From Daphnia carinata (taxonomy: Eukaryota), in contig NC_081332.1 of NCBI RefSeq assembly GCF_022539665.2, positions 6,262,001-6,326,000 on the forward strand: 64,000 nucleotides of DNA, read 5' to 3'. This document shows, in pieces, positions 52,028-64,000 of the stretch. The first letter of the stretch is position 1. Each line of letters starts with the position of its first letter. Made by a program: the position numbers and the translations under genes. The notes under the pieces were generated by a model, which searched no databases, was not told the DNA's origin, and saw nothing but the letters and a program-made list of their open reading frames with translations.

Positions 52028-55000
52028 GAAGGCCCTTCTTCCTTCTAGATGTGTGAGTAGAAAGAGATACGTTGGCAAGTTAAAGTGAGGAGACGAAGCA
52101 AAAGAGCAAGAAATAGTTTTGAAAATGACGCAGCATGGCGTGGCACTTTTGCCTTTGCTACTCCTCCCTTTAAAAAAAACGGCTGTGGGATTCATCAAAG
52201 TTGATAACAACGCCAAAGTATGTGTTGCGACAAAGACGTGAGTGAAGAGCGAAAAGAAAAAGGAGATACCGTTTGCTTTTTGATTCTGCTATTGTCTCAT
52301 GTTCTCGTCGCCCTCCAACCCATTTTACCTATTGTCTTTCCTCTTTATAAAATGAGGAAGTCAACTTTAAACGTATCGAATCTCTTGTATTGGAACTCCC
52401 CCCCCCCCCCAATCAAACAAAAGCCTAAATGCTTCACGGCCTCTCTCTCTCTCTCCCGTTCCAAAACATCTCTCGACTATTCAATGGTCTGCGCGCTAGT
52501 TGATAGACGCGCAAATCTCCCGAAAACAAGAGTTTAAGACGTAAAGAGAAGCCTACAGTGAAACTCATCTTTCGCTATTTTGCAACTGCACATATACATA
52601 TATATATATATATATAAATTTTTTAATTAAAAAAAAAAAAAGAAAAAGAAAATCGTCTAAATCCTTTTCGTTCCAAATATTTCCATTGAAACCTGTCAGC
52701 CAAGAAAAAAAAAAAGGGCGGGCCCCGTTGCACCTTTGAAACGTAGTCGACTTTACAAGTTTACTTTGTAAGCGGATTAGCTTTTAGGGACATGACGTGG
52801 GACGAGTACTCTCTCTCTCTCTCTCTCTAGCAATGCGAGCATTTCTACTGCCAACTAGCCAGCATCTCTTTGTTTTGGTACGAAAGCTGCTCACAACATC
52901 TAATGACATCATTAGAGCACGTGGGGGAGCTCCCCGTGTCACGAAGTTTTAGGAGCTCAACATCTTTTTTTTTTTTTTTTGCCTATGCTCGGTAGAGGCA
53001 GAGGAACATCAGCCAAAAGTTTTCACACATCGAACGGCCGGGCCATAGTTTGAAAATGTTGCTCACCTCTTCTCTAGCGAACACCATCCACAGTAAGGAT
53101 CTCGGGCTTCGAGGCAAGACGAACAGTTGGTGTAGGTGGAGCAGTGCTCAACTCGCACTTTTGAGATCTGTCAAACACAGAATTTAAAAAATCAATCGTC
53201 GATTAATGTAGTACATTTTAAAAAGAATTTTTTTTTTTTGTTTTGTTTTTAAACAAAAGAGAGCAAAATATGACGAAGTGCGTTTTTTTTTTCTATAAGG
53301 ATCTTCAAAAAAAAAAAAATAATAAATAAATAAATCAAATGGGTACGTGCTGTGGCGCACACTTTAAACAGCGAATGAAGAAATAAAGACAAAAATGGCA
53401 GGGAGCAGAGGATGGTAAAAAAAAAAACAAAAAAAAAACACACAGACGTGCGCGGTCGTGTTCAGTTTAATTGGCCGACTACGACGAGATCAAAGTCGAG
53501 TGCGGTCCCTATGCCGCCGTAGTCCCCCCCCCCCCTCTCTCTCTCTCGTACGTAACCCGACTGTAAATGCGTTATTTCCTTACCATGCATATATTGCTCT
53601 CGATTCTTTTTTTTTCTTTTTTATTTAATTCGATCTCTCTACGATGTACGCGCTGTCAGCATCGGGCTGCATAAAGCCCCTTCTAGTTCAACTACCGGGC
53701 AAAGGCAAAGGAAAAAAAAAAAAAGAAAAAGAAAAGCATAGGCGACATCGACGAGGCAGACAGTGCCCGTGTCCTAACTTGCGCATCTTCGCTCGAATTA
53801 CCCCCTTTACTATTTCACATTTAATGGCTCTCTATTTTTTCTTTTCTTTTTTTCTCTTCTTATGCTCGATGAAATAGCCGACTCTCCTTGTCTCTTTCTT
53901 CCACGATCTGATTTTTTTTGTTTTTTTTTTTTTTTTTGTTTTCTTGCTTCGGGAATATCGATCGAATAAGGGACATATAACACGGTAGAACGAGAATTCG
54001 ATGGCGTTCGAACTCGTCGGACGGGCAAAGTACGTACGACCCAAGGCTTTTGTGCTTATCTCTTATCAGCGCAGACGGGGAAAAGGGCGTGTGTTTGGGA
54101 TTCACTATTAACAATCGTGTTATCTTTCCCGATTTCCCCCCCCCCCCCCTCCTCCCATTCCTTTTCTTTTTCTTCTTTATTTAAAGCATCTTGGCTCGTA
54201 CGCACCGAGATGGGGCGGGACGTGAAGAAATCATTTGAGCGGATGACTTGAAGGATCAATGCTGGCCCGCCATCCTTCTAACTGGACCGAGGCGCATGGA
54301 CAAACATTTGACTGATAAATGTAATAATAATCAAATCTCTTTTTGAAAATGCTTTTAGATTTGATCGCGATGCAACACACATGTAAAAAGAAAACGAAAG
54401 AGAGATGGAACTCGTCCATCATGTCCGATCCGGAGATGTAGCCCGTCCATCATCGATGTTTCCAGCCAGTTCCGTTTTTTTTTTTTTTTTTTTCTCTTTC
54501 TCTCTCTCTCTTTCTCTCTCTCTCAAACAAAACAACAACAACAACCGTTGGGACGCGGCCAGATGGGGAAACTCACGCACCCCGAAAATGGATCTCTTTT
54601 AAGTGAATCGAAAAAAGAAAAAGAAAGAATGTCATCAGATTTCGGCGTGTGGTCCAGGGCTACGTCGTCGACGACAGTAGATTAGACACCATTTCCTTGT
54701 GTGATTAGACTCGTCGGAGAAACGCAACCATGGCAACGTTGTCTGCTCTTGTTAGAAAGACGAACAAAAGAAAAGAACTTTACCGTCTGGAATACTAAGT
54801 GGATGGCCAACATGCACAAGAAGCAAAAAGAAGAAGAAGGGTGAAGGCAGCAGCCGTGAGATTTGTAGCGTGATAAATCCTCTCTTGCTACGCGTAATCA
54901 ATGGGGGGAGGGTTGGGGGGGGGGGGAGAGAGGAGGGCACACGAGGGTCGTTGAGAAGATACAAGTCCTCCGATGTTCGTTTTCTTGCGTCACGCGAATT

Positions 55001-57366
55001 AATCAAATGACATGTAAAATCAACTGGCGCGGGCCATCCTCGAGTTCACATTCTTTTATTTTAGAATTTTTTTTTATTTAAATCGATAACTTGCTGAAAG
55101 GGAAAGGGTGGGGGTAGCAATTCGTCGATAGACGGCGAGATTGGATTCCGACCGCGGAATGAAAATAAATTGTTTTGCCTTCGGGCCATTTGAAATGACG
55201 AGAAATGCCGGAAACAGTTGCGACGATTCCATCACTGTCCAGAGCATTAAAGATGTTTAAAAAAACAAAAATAATAAAAAATTTTAAGGGACGAGTGCCC
55301 AACATCGCGATCCAGCTGAATGATGACGAAATCGAACGAAACTATTGGGGCGGTTCTCGTTTTTTTTAAGGAAAAGGAAAATATATAAGAAAATACAAAA
55401 AAAAAAAAGGTAACGATCGGAAGAGCAATTGCAACGGGCTGGAAGCAATTGGTAGGGAACGGATGACTGCATTTTCATTCCTACTCCCGTCCTCCCCCGT
55501 CCCCCCGTCTTTTTTTTTTTTATTTATTTATTTATTTTTTTTTTTTTTACAAGGCGAAACTTGCGCTAGCGAAAACTCATTTCCCGATTGATCTTCTAAG
55601 GGCAACTCACAGGTTCTCGCTGTCTCTGTCTCTCTCTCTTGTGTTCCTGTCTGCCAACTTTATCGATTGTGTTGTTGTGTGCGTGTGTCTTCATCATCAT
55701 CTTTGCTGCTCCTTCGTACGTGTATAAAGGTGCACCGCCGCGCCATAGATAGCGCCCGCTATTGTCGTCAGGGGTAAACATAATTGGAATCGAATCAAAG
55801 TCAAACAAGATGGGGGCCGACGCCCGATTGCAGGACGATGACGGCCTGTCTCTTCCTTTCTTCCGCTCTCTCCCGATTTTTTTTTTTTTTCCATTGATAA
55901 GGTTCCCTTCTACTCGCAAAACATTGAGGGTGGGGAGGGGGAGGCAAGAAAATGTCGGCCAGTTGTGACAATGACGACAGCTACACACACGGGCGGCTGC
56001 ATCTTCACGCAGAAGAGGGGGGGCGTCCAAACGCCAGTCGAAGAGAAAAAAAACAAATCAATACGACAAGTGTATACCAAAAAAAAAAAAGTCGATCAAA
56101 GAAATGAAAAAGAGATAAAAGCCGGAATGGAATGTAGCCATTCGCAGCTATTACCGAATATTTATACATTTTTTTTTTTTTTTTTTTTTTGGTATCTTGA
56201 GTTTGTTTCCGGATTTCAACATACGAGATCCGGTTTCGACCCCAAATGCAAAATAGAGAAGGCGGAAGCTCTTCTTTCCCTGGCGGTTAGAAGAAAATCA
56301 TCAGTCACTTAGCATTTGAATGGCGGTCGCGCACTCGTCGTCAATTTTCGGGCCCCTTTTTAAAAAATAGAAATGAAAAAAAAAAAAAAAAAAAAAAACA
56401 TATTCGCGTTGAATCTTTGCTCTCAACCTCTCTCTCTCTCTCTGTGTGTGCGTATATACATAACGCATAGCCAAAGACGGAAGAGAATGAAAGAAGGCAG
56501 GTCCAGAGGGGGCCGTTTGTATGCAACCGCGCATCCAGCACACAAGTCGCTTGCCTTTAAGGCCGCTTGATTTATGCCAAAAACTGCTCTTTGCACGGAG
56601 CGAAGAGAGAGAGAGAGAGACGCACGTCACCCCCCTACCCTCCCGTTTTCTCACGCAGATCACGGCCATCAACATGCATTTGCAGGCAAAGTATGACGAC
56701 CCAATCTCTCTCTGTGTGTTCTTGCGTTTCATCCTTTTGCAGCGTTGCCGGACCACGCAGTAAAGTAACTCGATCGCTACATTTCTATCTTTCACCGCCT
56801 ATCTTCTCCAGTGTCTCACATGATTAGCTAACCTCCACCGTGTGTGTAAAAAAAAAAAAAAAAAAAAAGGGGAAGATTCCGGTTACGGAACATGAACACA
56901 CCCAATCGAACAAGCACACCTAAAAACCCGCCCTTCTATTTTTTGTGTGTGTGCGAATTCGAAATAGATAATGATGGGAGCGGACGATCGGGTCGTGTAA
57001 CACCGGGCTAAACATAGTCAATGGATGTAGATAAAAACCAGAACAAAAAAAAAAAAAAACAAAGAGGGAAAAACAAATAAAAAAAAAAAAGGATTTTCTG
57101 GAACGAGTTTAGCCGAGCAAAATTTAAAATCCAGATAAAATTGGGCGGGAAAAAGAATCGAGTTGAACTGCGATGTTGATGATTGTGGAAATTGCGAAGC
57201 GTACGGATCAAGAAGATCCTCCTAGCGGCACACACTCGCGATCGAACAGAATGCGAAAAGAGAAAGGCGTAAAAAAAAAAAAAGGAAAGACGGAGGGGAT
57301 CCATTGGCTCCTGGCAGACATTTAATCCATCCTACACACTTTGCAAGAGCTGGATTGCTTTCTATT

Positions 57367-57405
<39 letters not shown>

Positions 57406-58120
57406 AGCCTCTTTCTCTCTCTTCGATGTGCGTCGTTCTATCTAACAGCGTCTGCGATGCGAGAGACGCAATCGGGAAATCGTATTGAAGCCTCCTCCTC
57501 CTCCCCCCCCTTAGGCTCGTTGCCGTCATTTAGATCGAGCCGGATCCGATACAGCAAGTAATGAACGACATAACAAAAAAAAAAAAATAAATGTGAGGAG
57601 GGTGGGTGGGAAGCAAAACTCACTTTGTACAACGGGATGAACATACAAAAAAAATAAAAAATAAAATGTATCAATGTATTTATAGATCGTACGAATTGGA
57701 GGGGGGGGGAAGGACTCGTGTTTTTTTTTTTGTGTGTGTGTGTGTGTCTGTTCGTGTGTATTGCCTATTTCGTTCTGGAACAGTTGACGAGATTCGATTC
57801 GATCCAGCTGGGCGTGGAGTTGGTTACACATCAACTTTGTCACGTCACATAGAAAAAAAAAAAGGAGGGGGTGGGGTATGGGGTACCCGATTCTTTTTAA
57901 TAGGACGCAACGCTTGAATGGACGCAGCTGACGGCCATCTTTTCTTCCTTACCCCCATAAATAAAATGAAAAAGAAAAAAAAAAAAAAAAAAAAAAAAAA
58001 GATCGTGCTCCAGTACGGGCCGGATGAAACGCGTTAAAGTCGAGTTCCGGGCAAAATGGACATTTTACGTTTCCCATCATTTGAGTAGATAGATAGCTAT
58101 ATAAAATGAATGAAACAATT

Positions 58121-58151
<31 letters not shown>

Positions 58152-59774
58152 ACACACAAAAGCCACAGCTACTGGTACCCGGTTTTTTGTTTTAAAATAT
58201 CTAATAGAAAGAAAAGAGAAGAAGAAAAAAAAAAAAAAAATGTTCCAGTTTTGTCTCGTGACGTTGATTGAATTGACCATCACGAAATATAAAAGGTCTT
58301 TTTTTTCTCTCTCTCTCGAATGCACCGCCTTTCACGCTCGGCAGAGTCCTGTCACTGGGATTGTGTGCGTGTTTTCTTCGGTTCGATTCATCATTGCACC
58401 CACCTTCTATAGCGTCCAGTCTTGCCACCAAATCTTATTACGTTTGACCAGTTCTTTTTTTTTTTTTTTTCTTTTCTTTTCTTTTATCTCTATCCCCCCC
58501 CCCCCCCCTTTGGATTTTTTCTTTCTGATTAGGATGCCGTGACGACAAGTCAAAAGACATTCCCGACCGCGGTAAAAAAAAAAAAACAAATAAATAAAAT
58601 AAAATAAAATAAAATAAAAAAAAAAACAAGGTGACCAGTTTTAAATACTAAATTAAAAGGCGAATCCCTTTTTTAGTCTATCCTGAATCGTAAATGAATG
58701 AAAAATGAGACACGATGGCAGAGGAGATTGGCCATTCAAAAGAGAGAGGAACAAAAGTATCTCTTTTTATCGGGAGAGAAATGAAAACAAAAAAAAAAAA
58801 AAAGAAGAAGAAAACGAAAGCAAACGCTCAACTCGGGGCCAATCCTCTTACAGGCCGGAGGCCCATGCAATTGCGCAAAGAGATTTAGCATGGCGGATAT
58901 ATCGCGCCTCGACTGGATTCCAAAAACAAACAAAAAAAAATGCCAAAGAAAAGAGAAAAACAAGAGTAAAGCTCTTACTCTTTCTATCAAATAGAAAAGA
59001 AAAAAAAAAAATGCAATCCAATTTGATGGCCAGTGAACAAAGACAAGATGAAGAATAAAAAAAAAAAAAAAGGAATGATTCTTTGGTTTTTTTTGTTTTT
59101 TTTCTTACCTTTGACGTCGAGATGGTGTAGACGTGCTCTCCGATCGAATCGACCATCATATCAGGTAAAAGTGTAGATCCGGCGTCGACTGGCAATTCCT
59201 CGAATTCCGTCGCCCTACCACCGGATTCCAGCAGAATCTGGAATTGAAAAAAACAAAAAACAAAAAACAAACAGATGATTATTTAAACATTCAATTTAAA
59301 AACATTCAAAATGAATAGAAAAAGCGCTCGCTATATAATTATTTGAAATTTCGGCTTCTATTGTTGTTTGGTTTCGTGACGTTTTGACACGTGACAGACG
59401 CACTCCCGTCTCTGCTCTCGTTCCACCTTTACCCAGAAAAACTCATTCTCTTGTTCTTTGTTGTTTTCCTCCCTCAGCGTAGACGTGCACGGCCCAGTTG
59501 TGATGAAGAGCTTCTCTCTGCCACTCTCCTGAACATTGCGCGTCTCATTTCTGCCCTCCCCCCCCCCATCTCTCTCTCTCTTTCACGTTCAGAAAAGAAA
59601 TAAATCCGAAATCTCCTTCATCTCCGCATTTTGTGGGCAGCGATTCTTCTCCTGGTCGTCACGCAGCCAAACGCAGTCGGCCGTAGACGAAATGACACAA
59701 TGTGACACGCTTTCGACCTCTCCTCTTTTTCCTCTCTGATCTTTCACAACAACGGTACGTTTTTTTTTTTTTTG

Positions 59775-59805
<31 letters not shown>

Positions 59806-61394
59806 GAAAAGAAAAATATATTTTAAAAAATTCAAAAGAAGGAAGGCTCAATTCCGAAAACATTTGTGAAATGTTGCTCATCGACGCTGCAACCAGTTGA
59901 AATATACAAAGTCTGTGTTACCTGTCTCTCCATCTTCGTTCGAACTTTTGTGCCTCTTTTTTTTTTTTTTTCTGAAAAAGGGTTTGGTCGACATTTGCAT
60001 GACAATCGCAACAATACAAACATATACATACACACGGAGAACGTCCAGAGTCTGTAATGGCCGCTCTTCGTGTGCGGCTGTTTTTGTGTTTTGTTTGGCC
60101 TTTTCGACGTGAAATTCTTATTATTTTTATTTTATTTTTTTTTTTTTTTTGGCATTGAACTCTTCGATTTCAGAACGCGTTCAAAGAACACGTCAGTTGT
60201 GTGGTTCGTCCTTTCCGAACGCGATACGAAACAGAAAAAAAAAAAAAAAAAAAAATGAAAGAATTAATGGGGAAAAATTGTTTTGATTGTGGAACCTTTC
60301 GGCTGATGCGGATTAACACAAACCTCGTTTCGAAAAAAAAAAAAAAAAAAAAAAAAATTAGAAACACCGTTATCAACGAGAGATAGAAGAAGGCGGACAT
60401 GATAGGATCAAATGCCGTGCTGCTGCCATTACTGACGGATCGAACAGAAAAGAAACGCAGAGAAAAAAAGCTAGGGCTTAAAGGTCGACGAGAATAAGGT
60501 TTTTTTTTTTTTCACGCCCCTCTTTCCCGTCCTACCAACCCCTCCTGCCACTGATGCCATTCTATATGGAAATGTTGGCAAAAAAAAAATGGGGCGGTGA
60601 AACGTTGAATCTTCCCCTCGTGCACAGCCATTTTGTGATTTCCTTTGTTTAACGCCACAATGCCAGCCACACACACACACTTGTACGTGCGTGTGTGTGT
60701 GTGTGACGTCACTAGCCAATCGTCTATATTGGGCCTTGTACATCGTTTTTTTTTTTTTTTTTCATTATTATTTGAAAGAAAAAAAAAAAAATGCATTTTC
60801 GTGTGTGTGGACAGGATGGCTATTGTCCCAGTTCACGGCTGACAGTTGCTTTAGCCCGCTCTCACTTGGGGCGTGTTGCTGCCAACACGGGAGAAGGGGG
60901 GGGGGGGAACAAGCGTGAGGAGATTTGAAGGAAAGTAACAACAACCGAATCCAATCTACTAAAAGCCTATTTTTATTTTTTTTTTTTTTTCTTTTTGGCG
61001 AGATTTGTTGGCAGGAATGAAAATTGGTCCCAGTTTCATCATCATTCCTCCTTTCTTACCCGCAAGGTACGTACAGCAAACGCAATCTAATACCCTCGTG
61101 AGTGTGGGCTGTACGCAATTTGTTGCATTACATTTCGAGCCGAAACGTGTGATAAAAACAAAAACAAAAAAAAAAAAACACATGTGTTGTCACACAGGAA
61201 ATAAATTGAACGTTTACCTTTTTCATGTGTCCGTCGGACGTGCCGAGGAAAGCGACCGTGTGTTGTTCCGTTCCAGACACGGCGACTGAAGTCAGCAGCG
61301 TGTGGCTGTAGGTGAGCGCCGGCGGGCTGTAGATGGGCACGATGCCGGCGATTTTCAGTCCGACTTCGCAGAAATTGTGAATGTTCCCGGTTGT
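37307..61394 (-). CDS. PlexB: Plexin-B, 5'-partial. Exons 61218-61394, 59109-59237, 53067-53167, 47272-47404, 45174-45419, 43926-44108, 43590-43829, 43069-43327 (apparent +1 frameshift), 42748-42996, 41972-42388, 40964-41720, 39808-39950, 39540-39673, 39107-39455, [38960-39016], 38683-38836, 38393-38587, 37930-38314, 37661-37852, 37307-37586
   Basis: End of Sema domain ([13 protein letters not shown]), PSI repeats ([15 protein letters not shown]), IPT domains ([18 protein letters not shown]), TM helix then [44 protein letters not shown], split GAP domain ([27 protein letters not shown]), RBD ([11 protein letters not shown]); TGA at 37307-37309. Confidence 0.93.
47676..47751. repeat. (CA)n microsatellite in a Plexin-B intron (longest of many in the window)
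   Basis: About 30 uninterrupted CA units followed by imperfect units. Confidence 0.95.
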
Positions 61395-63841
61395 CTACAA
61401 ATCAAATACATAAAAAAAAAAAAAAAAAGAGAGAAAAACAAAATGCTTATTATAATCAAATCAAAATGTACAAATAGGCAAACAACAAGGAGAGAGAGGA
61501 GGAGGTGGAAGACTCGAAAGGTTGCAAATACAAATACACAAAGAGAAAACGAGCCAAGATGAATGTGCTCAACCCACAACTAATGAATAGTCGCACGAGA
61601 GAGAGCTAGCAAGCTGAAGCCTTCTTAACAACATGCGACCGAATCAAACGAAGATAAATCAACAGCTCGACCTTTCATTCGATTTCTTTCCACTCTATAC
61701 GCATTCACCTTTTTTTTCCAGTTCATCCCGCGTGCGCTAGCTCACTCACGATTCTCTTTTTGCTCAGCACGCGCTTTCCATTTTTTTTTTTTTTCGTTTG
61801 AATTTGAATACACGAAAAAAAAAAAAAAGACAGGAAAGGCAGAGGGGGGGGGCCAAAAAAATAAAAATAAAAAGAATATCCTTCCCCTTTCTAAATATAT
61901 ACATATTCCAGGTGTGCGTATATACATCATTCTGGAATATAATATATATATATATATTTTTTTTTTGGAACTGGGAGGGGGAATCGAAAAAAAAAAAAAA
62001 AAAAAAAGGGAAGACACACAACGCCGCCGCCGCCGACTCCGGTCACCACGTCGATAAGATATGGCCCCGTGTTTAAATAATTTTTTTTTTTTTTTTTTTT
62101 TTCTCCCAGATTTTTTTTCTCACATTTTTTTTTTTTTTTTTTTTTTTTTCTATTTGAGCGGAATGAAAAGAAGGGAGGAAAAATCAAGAAAGGAACTTGA
62201 CCAGATTTGGGATACATCTCGGTCTCGGAATTTCCGCTTGATTAATTACCTCCAACTCGACCAGTAATGAGAGAGGCTGTATGCATTATTCATAAACTTC
62301 CCTAGCTACATTTTACTGAAATTCTTTTTCTTTTTTATTATTATTATGATTATTATTATTATTACTATTATATCTATTTTTTTTTCTTCAAAAAAAAAAA
62401 AAAAAAAAAAAAAATAATTTCATTTAGAATTATTTCCCCCCCCCCTTTTTTATGTTCTTCTATTTTTAATCATCGATTAAAAACACGGCCGTGATTATTA
62501 TTTCGTTCAGTTTTTCCCTTTTTTTATTTCTTTGTGCGCAAAACTGCGTGCGCGCGCGCTTTTCAAAAACGATTCTCCTTTCTTCAAACGGCGCATCGTT
62601 TAAATAATAACCTTTTTTTTTTTTTTTTTTTTTATTCCATGATATCTCCCGCCGCGAATGATTGGTCCACTCTCTTGTACTTGCTTGCTTACTTACTACC
62701 TAAAAAAAAAAAAGCAAATATATTCTTCTATTTCTTATCTCAATTTTGCTTCTTTCTTCGCTTTTCTTCTTCGATAAACGAGACACGGTTTAATACTCAA
62801 ACGAAGAAAATTGAAATGAGACGATTGCTTTCCTGTTATTCGAATGTTTCTGATAGCAGACGAGGTGAATAGAAAAACGAATTCATTTTTTTTTTTTTTC
62901 CTATCCCTTCACTCCGAGACAAAGAATTAAAATATTTCTTTTCTTTTTTTTTTCCCTTTAAAATAAAATAAAAAAACGCTGGACTAATGTGGTCTGTCCC
63001 CTTCTAGCCCGAGAGATCCCGCCGACATTTTTCTTCTTTTTTTTTTTTTTTTTTGAAAGGTATAAAAGAGTTTTGGAAGGGGGGAGATTATACACGCTGT
63101 ATAGGTTCGTTGAGATGGGGGGTTCTGGTTGGTTGCTGGCGGCCATTGTGAACGCGGCAGGGAACCCTGAACGCAAAAGAGCCACGATTTTTTTGGGTTT
63201 GGACCTCAAGAAAAAAAAAAAAAAATGCTTTTCTTTCCTTTTTTTTTTTTTTTTTCTTCTTTCGTTATATAGACTGAATATGTTTATTTTTCAAAGAAAA
63301 AAAAAATAAAATAAAGAAGGGTAAAGAAAAAAGAAAGTCGTCCAATAAGCTTTATCCCACCCGTTGTAACACGGCATAATTCTCCTATTCTTCAGGGCGA
63401 GAGAGAAATTTTTTTTTTTTTTCTTTCGGCCAAACAAAAATTCTAAACAGGAAGCCAAACACGAGTCCAGTAAAAAATAAAAAAAAATAAAAACAGGGAA
63501 GAAAACAAGTTCTTCTTTTTTTCTCACTCACTGACTTTTTCAATGCCTTTTTTTTTTTTATCGTTCCATATTTATGTAGCTCTCGGTCAAGTTTTCTTTT
63601 GTTTTTATGAGCCCCCAATGAGACAGCTCGGGATGCCCCCCCCCCTTCCTCTTTCAAAAAATATGAAAGAATGAGTGCGTGAAGCCATCACTCTCGGCTG
63701 TCCGTTGCTGCTGTTTCGTTTACGATACCCAGCGATCAAATGAACTTTGGCTCGTGATCCCGATAGATCACACACGTTTACCTCCTCTCGCTTCGAATCT
63801 AATCAAAAAATAAGACTATCGGCTTTTTGAAACGTAACTAG

Positions 63842-63873
<32 letters not shown>

Positions 63874-64000
63874 GGCTTTCTTTTGACTTTGAAAATCTTC
63901 TTTACTTCGAAGGGGAAAAGAAGAAGCTCTTCTTTCTTATACGGCCATTGCAGCGAGAGACGCCAGCTAAACAAACACATCTGGCGACTTATTTATTTAT

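Noticed and set aside
62958..63209. Further Plexin-B Sema exon
   Set aside because: Translation does not resemble Sema sequence and lacks clear splice sites; upstream exons probably lie beyond the window
1..64000. Most short six-frame ORFs rich in F, K or CV/TH repeats
   Set aside because: They are translations of poly-T, poly-A and CA microsatellites, or antisense frames of real exons

Overview
Eukaryotic, intron-rich animal DNA; short introns, long A/T homopolymers and the gene set suggest a Daphnia-like crustacean (inference). From left to right: the 3' exons of a DBH/MOXD1-family copper monooxygenase (+, to 4370), then about 10 kb of non-coding sequence. Next is a ~5 kb composite foldback repeat (A, ~14.4-19.6 kb), a compact housekeeping island (ARL6IP6 +, RBM5/10 -, colt/SLC25A20 +, ARPC4 -), and a second copy of the repeat (B, ~30.2-35.4 kb). 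The rest is most of a Plexin-B gene (-, 37307 to at least 61394, 5' end not seen). The most unusual feature is the repeat pair. Each has a ~1.7 kb palindromic core with ~590 bp hairpin-rich arms around a spacer holding three tRNA-like modules, and each carries a spliced coiled-coil ORF. Together they bracket the four-gene island as ~2.2 kb inverted repeats with mosaic (conversion-like) variants. Other notable points: the copper-ligand Met is replaced in the monooxygenase, and Plexin-B has a +1 frameshift and a duplicated 57-nt micro-exon.
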